Of a stretch of DNA of 33,977 nucleotides, positions 11,902 through 25,829 are shown piece by piece. The translations under genes were made by a program, and so were the position numbers. The notes beneath the pieces are model-generated. The model was not told where the DNA came from and searched no databases. It saw only the letters and a list, made by a program, of their open reading frames with translations. The stretch is taken from positions 1,947,060 through 1,981,036 of the forward strand of contig CM119270.1 in NCBI GenBank assembly GCA_051294375.1, in the 5' to 3' direction. Position 1 is the stretch's first letter. The number at the start of each line of letters is the position of its first letter. This DNA comes from Paraspadella gotoi. Taxonomy: Eukaryota; Animalia; Chaetognatha.

Positions 11902-14430
11902 CTGGGNNNNNNNNNNNNNNNNNNNNNNNNNTGAATCAACCCATCGGACCGGAAATGATCCTCTCGATTCATCCCATTTAACTGATCATTTGACATGAAC
12001 CCTCTGATCTGACAAATTGTTGATCAACCCATCTGATCCTGAATTGTTGAATCAAACCCATCTGACCCTGAATCTGCTTTTGATGACGGCCAATACGACC
12101 CTGTCGTCAATGAACTGAGACTCGTTTCCCCAAATTCGTCTGAAAGAGAAGAAAAAACAATAATTTAATTGATTAAAATATGTTAACCTTAAACACTAAT
12201 CGGAGATAGGATTTCATCTATGCAATGGCTGTATGATTGCCCTCCTTGTACGAATAGCAAGCATTATTCGATATTTCCTTGACGTGTTGAGATTACGAAG
12301 CTGCTTAATTTGTTGAAGGGTTTGAAAGATTAGGTTTTTTGCCAGTTGCCAAAACAGATTAGATTTGCACAAGAGTAAAATAATTAAAATTAGTATGAGA
12401 TTAGACTATTAATAGGCCGGATATTTTTTATGTTATCATCGTTTAATTGTGCATAATTATTATTTTTAGTCGTCCTTACCTGATCCTTGAGATGAAAAAG
12501 TTTAAAAACTTTTGTTTAAATCGTGAGAAAAACTTTTGGTTACGTCAAATTTACTTACGACGGTGAATCGAAAACTAGGACTTACGTTTCCTCGCTAAAT
12601 TTTGCTACTGATTGTTAAAAACTATTTGATATTATTATTATAATATTTATTAATTGGTGCATCTAAAGTCACCGTTGGCCTAACGATACACCGACAAGTG
12701 ACCGACGTTTACAAGCGGTCAGCAAAAAATATGTACCTATATTTGCAGAACAATTAATGGCTTAGTACATTTACTTTTTTTGCCCACCGCTTTTAATGTC
12801 CAATCGCAAAACTAGAAATGAAAAATTGGGATTAAGACGAATATATTGTACCTCCAAAATTGATTCCCAAATCGTATTTCGCTAATTTCATCGTAACGGG
12901 AAAATTAGCCTGTAACGAAAAAAGCTTTTAAAGTTATTAAACACGTCCGCGGCGATTTAGTTTCGCGTAATATATTTCTTTGGTTTGATATTTTGTAATG
13001 ATTTGTAATCTTATTTTAAGTTTAAACTTTTTCACAATACAAAAAGGTGAAGAAGTTATATATCTTTATCATCAAGATAATAACATATTTAATTTGCTGA
13101 TTTACTGAATCGACCAAAATTCACCCATTAGCTTTTAAAGAAATATCTTAACAGTATAAGTTATAAACAATGATAATTGTACAAATAAAATAAATCAGAT
13201 CATCGTAAATTCGTTGTTTGAAAGAAAAAAAAAAAACAACGCGAAAAAAAATGAAATTCTATGTTTTTTCTACTGTACGTTTCAGAAACGAACATTAGGA
13301 GAGATAGAGACAGAAGAGACGGGAAATTCGGGACCAGAAAGACAGAAAAGACATAAAGACAGAGAGACGACAAAGCGACAATAAAATTTAAAGGCGCAAA
13401 AAACATAATTTTGAGCAGAAAATATTAAGACACAGTTAAACAAAAATATATTCTTCCCCAAGTTTTTTTTTTTTTTTTTTTTGGAGAAGGGTTTATCCAT
13501 TTATTCTTTTTTTTTGTTGGTAAATTAATTAACTGCAATTAATGGTATCCAGTTAAAAACGTAATACAGGTTCATCCAAACCTCATGTCATTGACTTGTT
13601 CCTCTCCTCTGGCTCAATATCCTCTTAGCTTTTTCCTCTGCCTTCCTTCCGAGCGGCTTCCTCCTTCGCCTTTAGTAATTTAAATATTTAATTATTCGAG
13701 TTAAAATACTATTAAAAAAAAATATTAATGATATTTTCCAAACGTGCAAACGAGAGATATATAATAGAGTTAAATTATTACTTTTAATTCATCGCGGACC
13801 TATTTCTTAAACTTTAATTAATTATTCATGCATTTCGTTTTTTTAATTTCTTAAAATTAATCCATTTATTAATTACGCAGGCGGTTATTTTTTTAAATAT
13901 CTATAGTATATGTATGAAATCTATTATTAATTTATTTTTGCAACGCAGTTTTAAATGACTAATTTATTAACTATGCTGTTATTTAAACTTTATGTACCTT
14001 TTTCTCCGCCTCATTTTAGCCGTAATTAATCCTTCTCTCCTCTTCCTCCTCCTCTTCCCTTTCCCTCTTCCTCCTTTCCCTTTGGCTTCACCATCTTTCT
14101 CCCTCTCATCGCCTCTTCCTCCTTTTCATCCTCTTCTTACATCCAATTCAGTCTTTTTAACCAAAAAGAAGAAGGAAACGAAAAAATTAGGGAATTAAAT
14201 TCCAAGTCCATATTTGACATGGCTGTTGGGTCATTTGAAAATATCAATACTTTAATAACAATAGTTTAACTATAAACTTTAATTGTAAAAGGAAAGAAGT
14301 TTGATGCTTTAGTAATTTTCAAAATAAAGTGGGAAAACGAGTTCATAATTTACGCCAAACAAAATGGCAAATACGAAAATAATGTTTTGTAATTATGAAA
14401 TTCGGTTTAACTAATTTTTTTAGAACCCGT

Positions 14431-14751
14431 CTATTTTGAATAAAGAAAAACATCATTTTAGGAAACAGTGCTAATTTTATTTAGACCATGCCATTCAAAC
14501 CCTTCTTGGTTGAAAGTTTCTCTCTCTCTCTCTCTTTCTCCTCTCTGAGTCTCCCTCCTCTTCCTATCAATCCTTCTCCTTATTTGTAAAAATAATTTTT
14601 TACCTCTACCACCAATTTCTCTGGCCTTGAATAATGAACCAGCAAAATGGTTTGAATGCATGGTCTAAATATAAATTAGGCACTGTTTTCCCAATATCGA
14701 TGTTTGTTCTTTATCAAACTACTCGGTGCATGGATGACACTTAACAACCGT
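14431..14751. mobile_element. MITE-like insertion, about 320 bp, with about 70 bp imperfect inverted repeats; absent from the other copy (site near 7096)
   Basis: 14434-14502 (aaacagtgctaattttatttagaccatgccattcaaacc) is the reverse complement of 14649-14718 (ggtttgaatgcatggtctaaatataaattaggcactgttt). Flanked by aacccgt/aaccgt. Confidence 0.75.
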
Positions 14752-15152
14752 TTAGTTTTATAATTAAAAATATAAATATTTAAAATACTTATTTGATGAC
14801 ACAATAAAAATATATTCCAATTGCCCCCATTCTTGTTCAGACACTATTGCTCAACATCAATCTTAGATCATAAGCATAAGTTGAAAAAAGTAATTAATGA
14901 AAAACCAAAATAATAACAGTTGATTAATGAGTATCAATAACCTTGAAACATTCGGTATATATAACAATATAGAGGCGACATTTATGAAGCAAAAAAAGTA
15001 GGATTGACTCGTGAATCGAGTTCACAATTCTCACCTGTTTTTCCGGCTGAATTATACTCGATCTCAATTCTCTCCAGATTGCCCGTGAGTTTTCCCTTGT
15101 GAAGTCCGAGCACATTTTCACGATGGGTTCTTTTGCCGCTCACTTTGGCCAG

Positions 15153-17638
15153 AAGGGACATGGGAAGGATGAGTTGACATGGGCTCGGCTGGAAAGTGGA
15201 CATTGGGGAAGGTGAGTTGGACATGGCTCGGGCTCGGAAAGGAGACGATGGGGAAGGATGAGTTGACATGGCTCGGGCTGGAAGGGAGCATGGGGAAGGG
15301 ATTGAGTTGACATGGCTGCGGGCTGAAAGGGACATGGGGAAGAGATTGAGTTGGACATCTCTCGGGCTTGGAAAGAGACTGGGAAAGGATGAGTTCGACA
15401 TGGCTCGGGGCTGGAAGGGACATGGGGAAGATGAGTTGACATACTGCTTGGCTTGGAAAGGGACATGGAAGCGTGATTTGACACTGGCCTCGGCTGGCAA
15501 GGGACATGGGGAAGTGAATAAATTGACATGCTTGGGGGGGAGGGGGCAATGTTGCTGTTTTTTTGGGTGGTGGAATGGAAAGGTGGACAATGGCTGGGCT
15601 GAAAGAATGAAAGGACTGGTTGACATGGCTTGGCCTGGAAAGGGAACATGGGAAAGGCATGAAGTTGACATGCTCGGGCTGAAAGGGACATGGGAAGGAT
15701 GAGTTGAGCATGGCTTGGGCTGGAAAAGGACAATGGGGAGAGGATGAGTGACATGGCTCGGCTGGAAAGGGACATGGGGAATGGAAGAGTTGACATGGCT
15801 CGGGCTGGACAAGGGACATGGGGAAGGATGGAGTTGACATGGGCTCGGGCTGGAAAGGGACATGGGAAGGATGAGTTGACATCTCTCGTGGCTGGAAAGA
15901 ACATTGGAAAGATGAGTTGACATGGCTTGGGCTGGAAAGGGACATGGGGAAGGATGAGTTGACATGGCTCTGGGCTGGAAAGGGACATGGGAATGGGAGT
16001 TGCATGTTGGCAAGCGACAGGTAAGTGAGGCTCGGCTGGAAAAGGGACATAGGAGAAGAATGAGTTGCACGTGGCGGAATGGCTAATGATACAGGCTCGC
16101 GGCCTGAGAAAGACATGTGAAGGCAATGAGATTTGACATGGCTTCGGCTGGCAACACGGGAAGCATCGTGGAAGTGGGCTAGAGGGACCTTACGGATGAA
16201 GTGAGTTAATGCTTCGGCTGGAAAGGGACATGGAACAGGATGAGTATGACACTGGCGTCGGGCTGAAAGGGAGACATGGGGCAGAGAGTTGGACATGGCT
16301 CGGGCTGAAAGTGACTGGGGAATGACATGTGCTGGAAGACAAATGGACGGATGAGTACATGCCTGGGCTGGAGGACTAAGGATAGACATTGCTGGAAAGG
16401 TGATGGGCGAACGAATGAAGCTTCGACCATGGAACTTAGGGCTTGGGAAATGGGCACGGAGCTTAAAACAGGGGCGCCAAGAATGAGTTTGGACAGCTGG
16501 GCGGTCATGGAAATAGACCGGTAACATGAGTCACGAAGGACGCATCCAGTTGTCCCGGAAAGATTCTTTACCATGAATCAGTGAGCATGCGTGACTGGCT
16601 CGGAGAAAGGACATGGGGAAGGATGAGGTTGACATGGCTCGGCTGGAAAGGGACATTGGGAAGGAGATACAATGCTGTGGCTGGAAAGGGACATGGGGAA
16701 GAATGAATTGACATGGCTTAGGGCTGGAAAGGGACATGGGGAAGGATGAGTTGACATAGTGGGCTGATAGGCGAAGAATGAGAATCTGTGGGCAGGGACA
16801 TGGGGAAGGATAGTTGACATGGCTCGGGCTGGGATAGGGGACATGGGAAGGGAATCGAGTTGATGCTGTGAAGACTGATGCTGGCTCGGTGCTGGAAAGA
16901 GACATGGGAAAGGATGAGTTGACATGGCTCGGGCTGGAAAGGGACATGGGGAAGGATAGTTGACATGGCTGGGCTGGAAAGGGACATGGGGAAGATATGA
17001 AGCTGCTGAAGATGGAAGTGAATGGCTGCTGGGACTGGGAAAGAGTTGACAGGTGGTGGGAAGGGATGGAAGATGTGACATGCCGGTGGAAGGACGGTGG
17101 TAGTTGGGCTCGGAAAAGGGACATGGGGAAGGATGAGTTGACATGGCTGGGCTGGAAAGGGCATGGGGAAGATGAGTTGACATCATGGCTCAGGCTCGGA
17201 AAGGGACATGGAAGTGATGAGTTGGACATGGCTCGGGCTGGACAAGGGACATATGGGGAAGGATGAGTTGACATGGCTTGGCCTGAAAGGACATGGGGAA
17301 GATGAGTTACATGCTCTGGCTGGAACAGAGACATGGGAAAGGATGAGTTGACACTGGCGTCGGGCTGGCAAGGGACATGGGAAGTGATGAGTTGACATGG
17401 TCATGGCGGAAAGGAACATGGGGAAGAATGAGGTTGATCGCGCTAGGACAAGGAAGGGAGGTTATGTGGCCTCGGCTGGAAATAGGACATGGAAAGGATG
17501 AGTTTGACATGGGCTCGGCTGGAAAGGGACATGGTGAAAGATGACTTGACATGGCTTCTGGCTGGAAATGGGACAATGGGAAAGGATGGAGTTGACATGC
17601 TCGTGCTGGAATAGGGACATGGGAAAGGAATGAGTTGA
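15153..17638. repeat. Second copy of the 42 bp minisatellite array (roughly 60 units)
   Basis: Same unit and same flanks as 7484-11514. Confidence 0.97.
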
Positions 17639-17824
17639 TTATTTTTATTTACAACGAAAAAAAAAATAAACACCTACAAGGCGTCGTTATTAGGCTCCCC
17701 CTCCCCTGATAATAGATTTTTGATTTTTAATTCTTTTATATTTTTATATGTTATATTAATATGATTAAGTCTCTGATTCAAATGTATAACTTCCCTCCGT
17801 TCCCAAAGGCCCCTCTAAACTTAC

Positions 17825-18039
17825 CCTTAAAACCTCACCTCCTTCCTATTCTTCCGTCGGACAGTCAGTTTGACGAGATAAGTCAACAACTCGTCCCCTT
17901 CCTGTATCGGCACCGGATATCTGGTCACTTCCAGCGCCTCGCCCGCCAAATCAGCCTCGGTTTAACGGTGCCGGGCGGCACCTTGAGGGTCACGGACTGA
18001 CCCGCCAGGACGTCGTCGGGAGAAAGTCCGAGAGGGAAA
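17825..18039 (-). CDS. Second, indel-containing copy of exon 7
   Basis: Nearly identical to 11697-11901 with the same splice sites, but frame-breaking 1-nt indels typical of long-read error. Confidence 0.6.
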
Positions 18040-18371
18040 CTGGGGTTAGGGGGTGTTAAGGTGGCGGGTAGGGTGTTGAAACGGGAGAAGGTGGTTACGA
18101 TGTGTTGGTAAGGTGTTTCATATCGAGTTTTTTTTATAAAGTTGCGATTCGAGTAATAAGCAAACAAACAAAATTAAAAGCCATAGTTAAAAGGGAAACA
18201 TCGAAGACAATTTCCCAAACAATTCAAAATAAAAGTAAATGAGAAAAAAACCGTTACAAGAAAGCCAAAAATGCTATGGTAGCTAAAATAACAGAGAAAT
18301 TAAGTAAAAGTAACAAAAACAAACAAAACAACAACAAAGGAAGAACAAGGGGAAAAAAACAAATGACTGAC

Positions 18372-18880
18372 TTGAGCGGAATCCACATTTGTTGCGCCAA
18401 ATCGTCGACCGTCGTTTCCGTCGAGAAGATGATCTGTTCCAGATTCTCTTCCTCATCCTCCTCCTCCTCTTCCTCCTCCTCCCCTCCTCCTCCTCCTCTT
18501 CCTCCCTTCGCCGAATCCTCCCTTTTCCTCGTCTCTCCTCCTCCTCCTTCTCCTTCACCTCCTCCTCCTCCTCCTCCCTCTTTGTTGTTGTTGTCGTCGC
18601 CGTCGCCATCGTCTTTCTCGTCGTCGTCGTCGTCGCCGCCGCCGCCGCCGGAAGGGGCTGGCGTCTCGAGTCGAGCGGGCGTGGCTTCCGTGGCATCAGT
18701 CGACGGCGGGGTGGGCTGCGCGGGCGGATCTTCGGGGCTCGGAGCGTCGGGCGGCGCTGGGGTGGCGGTTTCGTCCTGAGGTGGAGACTCGGCTGGAGTT
18801 TCTGTTGTTGTCGTTGTTGTTTGACCAGGGACGTCTTCGTTATCGTTTACGTCGACGGCCGAAGTTTTCTCCAGATCGAC
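18372..18880 (-). CDS. Exon 6: Pro/Thr-, Gly- and Glu/Asp-rich linker (VDLEKTSAV...PAPPDAPSPEDPP...EEEEDEEENLEQIIFSTETTVDDLAQQMWIPL)
   Basis: Acceptor ctccacag, donor AA|GTCAGT; 509 nt, phase 0 to 2; stop-free on manual translation. Its 3' end resembles a ZU5 N-terminal strand. Confidence 0.8.
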
Positions 18881-19181
18881 CTGTGGAGTTTTTTTTTAGG
18901 AAAATAAATTTAAGGCTCTGAATTCCGAAAACGTCTCTTTTCTGTTCCTGAATTCCAGGACGTAATTTACTAACCAAACCTAACCTTAATCGCTAACCCT
19001 TACCCTATCCCAAAACCCAATTCCTTCACCCCGATCTTTAACCTAATTTATATCCTAATCCATAACTTAACCCTTAATCCTAACCTCTGACCTCTTCATA
19101 AAAAGTATAATTAATCTGAATTTAAAAAAAAAAAAAAAGAATAAAAATTTGTTTAAAAAATTTAAGGAGACGAGACGAAAC

Positions 19182-19387
19182 CTTGACGGTGGCCGCCGAA
19201 TCTTTTGTTTGATCCAACTTCTCCGCGGCCTCGAGCGCCGCCCTTCGGACTTCCGCCGAAACTTTGGAAACAAAAGTCAATCTCTCCGTCGTCGCCGCCA
19301 CCGAAGCGTGGATCTCCGAGGCGAGGCGAAGGCTCTTTTCGTTGTTCTTGTTATTGTTGTCGTTGTTGTTGTTATTGAGGGTGCCAT
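19182..19387 (-). CDS. Exon 5 (DGTLNNNNNDNNNKNNEKSLRLASEIHASVAATTERLTFVSKVSAEVRRAALEAAEKLDQTKDSAATVK)
   Basis: Acceptor ccctaccag, donor AAG|GTTTCG; 206 nt, phase 1 to 0; lies within ORF 19122..19427. Confidence 0.8.
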
Positions 19388-19661
19388 CTGGTAGGGGGGG
19401 GCGTTTGTGGAAAGGACGATAAATCAAAACAAAGAAACAAAATGAAAGAAATTAATTAGTGGAAAAGAAATGAAAAACAGAACTAAAAAAAAAAACGACA
19501 AGAAGAGAGAAAAACGACCAAGAAAACAACAAGAACAATAACAACGATATCAAGTCCAGCAACTAAAACAGCAAAAACAAAATCTACCACAGCAACAAAC
19601 TCACCCGGATGCTGGAGGACGACGTCGCCGAGTTTCAACCTCGTCAGCAACAACGAAAACT

Positions 19662-19822
19662 AAATCAACAACAACAGCAACAATAACAACAACNNNNNNN
19701 NNNNNNNNNNNNNNNNNNACCAACAGCAACAACAATAAACAACAACAACAACAACAAACAAAACAACCAACAACAACAACAACAACAACAACAAACAACA
19801 ACAACAAAACAACAACAACAAC

Positions 19823-19858
<36 letters not shown>

Positions 19859-19870
19859 ACAACAACAACA
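19662..19870. repeat. (AAC)n microsatellite spanning a 25-N gap
   Basis: Read directly. Confidence 0.95.
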
Positions 19871-22212
19871 AGAAGAAGAAGCTCACCCTGCAGCGGGAAG
19901 GCTGACGTCGCGAGTTCCTTCCGAAGTTTGTCGAGAAAAAAGTCAGAGATCTTGAGGAGAGTTTCAGAGGCTTCGCCGAGAGCACGGATGAGCTCGAGAT
20001 TGAAACTGAATGGGTGGATTGAATTGATTGATGGATGAATTAATTTAATTACTTAATGAATTAAGAAAAATTAAAGAAATAATTTTTTAAAAAAAAATTG
20101 AAACAAATGAATTTAAAAACAAGTTTGAGAAAACAATTTCCGGATCTGCCCAAGATCTTTAGCGGTATAAGCTGCTAATTAGATAATTAATTAATTAAAA
20201 ATTAAGTAATTAATATCAATTTTTTTTTATTCGCCTTTTCAATCAACAAATAATAAAAATCTCGAGAACCAAATAATTAATTACAAAACAATAATAATTA
20301 AGTAGTTAATTACTAATTTATAAATAATGAAGTGATGCAGCTTGAATTTACATTAATATCATCGCAGGATTAAAAAGAAAAAAAAAACATAATCAAATAA
20401 ATAATCAATTAAAAAAGAATAGTGAAATGGATTTTTTGTTTTTTTCCATTTTAACTCATTTCCACTTGGACGATTCCATCGAAACTTTATTTCTTGCTCC
20501 ACTTTTCTATCCACATACAAAATTTCCAGTCTCAAATCTCCCGATTCATTAATGAGTAAAGCTTACGGGGTCGGCGGTCGGACGGGTCGGTCGTCGGTCG
20601 GTCGGTCGGTCGGTCGGTCGGTCGGTCAAGGTCGTCGGTCGGTCGGCGGTCGGTCGGTCGGTCGTGTCGGTCGGTCGGATTCGGTCGGTCGGTCGGTCGG
20701 TCGGCGGTCGGTCGTTCGGTCGGTCGTCTCGGGTCGGTCGGTCGTCGGTCGGTCGGTCGGTCGGTCGGTCGGTCGGTCGGTTCGGTCGGTCGGCGGTCGG
20801 TCGAGTCGGTGGTCATAAAATTTTTTGCATAGTTTGATAATTTGATATTCGTGATATTTGAGATGATGTAGGTGACTTACCGACAATATTTTGGGTGGGA
20901 CCGACGGACCGACCAAAGTGAATTGGACAAAGATTAAAAGAACTATTAAAATTTGACTGAAAAGTTAATTTCGTTTTCTCTCAAAAAATTGTATGCCAAG
21001 AAAAAAATTGAGTTCGTTTTTATTGAAAAAAATATTGCTAAAAAAAAAAGGTGGAGCAGGTTTGGAATACCATTTGACCGCCCTATGTAACCCGCTAACC
21101 GAATTCCAAGACACCACGACCACTGAGTCAGTACATTCCATGGTGCCCTTCAATCATGTGAATGCGGCATACAACGTTTTTGGATGGTAACTCTTTGTTG
21201 TACACTTCGGATGTCATTTTCATTTTTGCGCACCGCTTTCCCCAATTTGACTTAGATGTTAGATTGGGTCGATGGCGGATACTCCTGCGGATGACATTCA
21301 CAGAATACCTGAACTTGGGAATAATCCTCCGTCCTGCAACACACTCTCCCTTATGGCTGGGATTACAGCGGCAACCAACGCCCGCCGAGGTGAAGAAGGG
21401 ATTCTTAAAAAGGGAGTCATTTTACTGACCGGCGGGAAACTGATTATATATAATATAAAGATAACATAAAAAAATATAATCTAAAATATCTAGTATTATG
21501 TTGAATTTATTTTATATAAATTCAAATAAATAATATTTAACAATTATTTAAAATTTAATAACTTCGAAAAAGGTTGGATTAATAAATTTCACGCTTACAT
21601 TCTCGAAAATTGTGTATGAAATTTGTACAACCAATATAAAAATTATTCATTCATTTAATAAAAAATAATTAAATCTTGTCCCTGACTGTTGGACAGGCTT
21701 TAGTGATTTTAGTCCTCCATCACACTTACAAGATATAACATAGCAGGTTTCTGCAAGCTGTTCAATTCAAGACTCTCTCACAGTATTGTTTATTTCACTC
21801 CTAGGTGAACTTGGCTTCCTCATCAATGAAGTAGTAAAATATATTTCAAAGAATGTTTCAATTGTATGAGAGTGAGTGAATAAGAAAGCAGATTGTGAAA
21901 ACCCATTTTTGTGGTTTTTTCCTAAATAAAATAGATACAACTAAATATAAAATTCATTTATATAATGAGTCCTGACATGCGCTGACGGACGGCGACGGAC
22001 ATCATTTTTTTAAATAATTTATAATAGTTCGATGTTCTGACATTATTGAGGGGGCGCATCGATGGACCGACAAAAGTGGATTATATAAGTCGGAATCTGC
22101 TGATAAAGCAGTCTGACTAAAAAACAACAACTCATCGCACAAACCAGAAAAATAGGAAAGATTAATTAATATTATTGAATGAATGTATCGATCAATCAAA
22201 CAACCAAGCAAG

Positions 22213-22247
<35 letters not shown>

Positions 22248-24666
22248 CAATCAATCAATATCATCAATCAATCATCAATCAAGAGCGCAACGCCCCGTTA
22301 CCTCCCACAAGATCTGAGCGTCGCCTCCATTTTGCAGCAATTTTCGTCGATGTCAACTAAGAAGGGGCGGCTCTCTTTGATCTCGACGTCCTTGCTGCGA
22401 CCATCGTTCCAGCTGAATTATTGAATATTTTGCTTTTAAATATTAATAAATATTATGTTTGAATAAACTGTACACATTTTTTCGAGATGTTTTATCGACT
22501 GTAGGATACTAAAGGCTAGTTCCACACGTAATATGCTCGAGCTGGCTCATCCCTGTCCGATTTTCTCTGATTCTAAAATACTTTTAGTCCCAACATTTAT
22601 TTTCTGCCGCTACTAAGTAGCAAAGTTTAAGCAGGGCCGATCCGCCGAAGTAATTGCTGCTGCAGAAAAACTTGACCGGCCAATCCAGCTCATGTTGCGC
22701 AACACTGACTAGCCACTACCACATCCTGCTGGGGCAACACTGACCCTGACGTTCTGCTCCACTGCAGCATTATTGACCTGCCCATTCCAGCTCCGCGCCA
22801 GCATTACTGGACCAGGTCATTCCAGCTCCCGCCACAAAATTACTGACGCTGCCATTTTCAGCTCCACTGCAGCGTTACTGACCTGCCGTTCCAGTCTCGC
22901 TGCAGAATTACTGACCTGCCGTTCCAGCTCTCGCCGCAGGCATAACTGACCTGCCGTTTCCAGCTCTCGCTGCAGCATTACTGACCTGGCGTTCCAGCTA
23001 TTTGCTGCAGCATTACTGACCTGCCGTTCCAGCTCCTGCTGCAGCAGCACGAGCGAAACTAAAAATCAAGTCGCTTCTTCTTTCGTTTTCTTCTTCGTCT
23101 TTTCGGTTTTGAGTCGCAAAAGTCGTTGGAAGAAGAAAAGGGACTTTGGCGCTGGGAGAGCCTGGTGAGAATCAATCAATCAATCAATCAATCAATTAAT
23201 CGAAGATTGATTAATCAAAATCAATTATGCAGTCAATCAGTCGGTGGAAGAAGAAAGCGACTTGGTGCTTGAGGAGGGATGGAGAGCCAAATAATCAATT
23301 AATCAGTAAATCAGACAATCAAAATCATTCAATCAGGAAAGTCAATAAATCATTTCCAAAAATCAAATCAAACAGTCAAGCAGAAAATCTATTAATCAAT
23401 CAATCGATAAATAAATGAATCAATCAATAAATCAGGTGAAGAAGAAAGCCCGGTACTTGGCCTAAAGACAATAAAAAATTATATTAAGCAAATAAATAAA
23501 TCAATCAAATGAAATCAATAAATCAATGGAATTAAACCGCTCAACCCTATTAAATTATATTCGTTTTAAAAAAATCAAATCAATTTCACGAAGTGAAACA
23601 GTCAGTCAATCGTTCAATTCTTTAAAATTCTATTCAATTCAATTATTTCAATAAATCAATGAATAATTCAATTCAATTAAAAAAACAATTCAGATAAACA
23701 TTAATTAATCAATCAAATCAATCAATCAATCAATCCATTCATTACTAAATGCTTGGTCGGCGACACGCTCCCGCTCGTAAAGGTAGAGAGGGGCGGATTC
23801 TCGCCCCGAATCATTTTTATTCCTGTTTAAGTTTTTTTTCTTTTTCTTTTTATAGAAATTTTTTTTTAGGTTTTTTTTCTTTTTTGAGTGAGAATTCGAT
23901 TTTTCAGGTGGAATCATTTCCTTTCCATCGTGCGAAAGCTGAAAGAAGAAAAAGAAAATGGATTGCAATTGGTTGCGTCGGTCGTCAAAAGGTTGGGCCT
24001 TTATTTTCCCAGAATGCCCCATTAAAACTTGAATTTGGAATTAGGGTTAATTTTAAAGTTTAAGCTTGAGTTTTTTTTTTTTGAAAATGAAAATGGAAAA
24101 TGAAAATGCTTGAGTTTTTTTTTTTTTTTTTTTTTAGTGGTTATGGCTCGGCATGAGTCCCGGGTGAGGGATTAGGGCCAGGGATATGGCTCGCTGGTGA
24201 TTGTCGTCGAGCCAAGGGAATGGATTAGGTTTAGGGTTTAGAGCTACTCTGGCTCTTCCGTGGACCCAGCCTTTTATCCCTGGGCTCGGCCTCTGGTTTA
24301 AAGTTTGGCATGGAGGTTAGATAGGTTCAGGCATTTAGGTTGATATCAAGGTTAAAGATTATAGTTTTATTACTTTAATACCTAAGATCAAAATTTAAAT
24401 TTGGGATAGTGCAATGTTAATGGGGCGCGATGGGAAAAGAGAGCCCCAAAATAGGGTCATGATAGCGAATGGAAGGTTAGGAAGCGATCGTTAATCAAAA
24501 TAATTCGGGTCGGTTGTTTTAGTAAACGCAAAAGTTAAAAGAAAATGAAATATTTAAAAAAACAAACTTATAAGTTTAAAAAAAACGACAACTGTGTGGA
24601 GTATGCTATAAAATTCTAAAATATTGTTTCTCTGTCCATAACGAAAGAGAGAAGAGAGGAGAGAGA

Positions 24667-24700
<34 letters not shown>

Positions 24701-25100
24701 CGAGAGAGAGAAGAGAGAGGCAAGAGGAGTCAGCAAATAATTTCCTGCGCGCGAGGCTTTTATTCGAATCGACACGCAAAGAGGAAAAGAAGGAAAGATT
24801 TAGAAAAAAAGAGATAATTGCAAGGAAGAGAGAGAGAGAGAGAGAGACGAGGAGAGAGAAGAGAGAGAGAGAGAGAGATGAGAAGAAGGGAAAGACGGAG
24901 AGAGAGAGAGATTAGCGAGAGGATTATAAATCCAAAAAGACTCAGTGATTTTTCTGTATGAAGTACCGGGGGAATTTAGTCGCTTCCCATTTTTTGTTTC
25001 ATAATCGTTTGGCTTTTTTTTTGGTTTTAAAAAAAATCGATGTTTTTGACGGTTCAAGAGAGATTGAGAGAGAAGAGCTTCCGAAAGGAGAGCACGAGAG
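19840..25100. other. Error-rich direct duplicate of about 25108-30245 (exons 1-4)
   Basis: Colinear copy. Exon frames are broken here but intact in the downstream copy. It starts just after a 25-N gap (19694-19718) inside an (AAC)n tract. Confidence 0.9.
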
Positions 25101-25109
25101 AGAAAGACG

Positions 25110-25141
<32 letters not shown>

Positions 25142-25150
25142 GAAGCTCAC

Positions 25151-25269
25151 CCTGCAGCGGGAGGCTGACGTCGCCGAGTTCCTTCCGAAGTTTGTCGAGA
25201 AAAAAGTCAGAGATCTTGAGGAGAGTTTCAGAGGCTTCGCCGAGAGCACGGATGAGCTCGGAGATGAAA
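25151..25269 (-). CDS. Exon 4 (SFISELIRALGEASETLLKISDFFLDKLRKELGDVSLPLQ), amphipathic helix
   Basis: Acceptor cccattcag, donor G|GTGAGC; 119 nt, phase 2 to 1; open. Confidence 0.8.
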
Positions 25270-25829
25270 CTGAATGGGTGGATTGAATTGATTGATGAAT
25301 GAATTAATTAATTACTTAATGAATTAAGAAAATTAAAGAAATAATTTTAAAAAAAAATTGAACAAATGAATTTAAAAACAAGTTTGAGAAAACAATTCCG
25401 GATCTGCCCAAGATCTTTAGCGGTTTTTATATAATTAAGCTGCTAATTAGATAATTAATTAATTAAAAATTAAGTAATTAATATCAATTTTTTTTTATTC
25501 GCCTTTCAATCAACAATAAAAAATCTCGAGAACCAAATAATTAATTACAAAACAATTAATAATTAATAGTTTAATTATAATTTATAAATAATGAAGTGAT
25601 GCAGCTTGAATTTACATTTAATATCATCGCAGGATTAAAAAGAAAAAAAAAACATAATCAAAAATAAATAATCCAATTAAAAAAGAATAGTGAAATGGAT
25701 TTTTTGTTTTTTTCCATTTTAACTCATTTCCACTTGGACGATTCCATCGAAACTTTATTTCTTGCTCACTTTTCTATTCACATACAAAATTCCAGTTCAA
25801 TCTCCCGATTATTAATGAGTAAAGCGTTA

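Larger units (their letters stand above)
11932..18045. other. Direct duplicate of about 4400-11906 (exons 7-11 and satellites), likely assembly overfill or alternate haplotype
   Basis: Colinear near-identity with mostly homopolymer/1-nt indels; separated by exactly 25 N (11907-11931). Confidence 0.9.

Noticed and set aside
18276-18907. Plus-strand Ser/Pro-rich ORFs and the 18283..18696 minus ORF
   Set aside because: They are antisense or off-frame shadows of exon 6, whose frame is fixed by flanking splice phases.
20532-20916. PTDR/SVGR, poly-V/L, SL/ER and NQSI ORFs here and at 19.6, 25.7, 27.4 and 29.8-31.0 kb
   Set aside because: These are translations of microsatellites.
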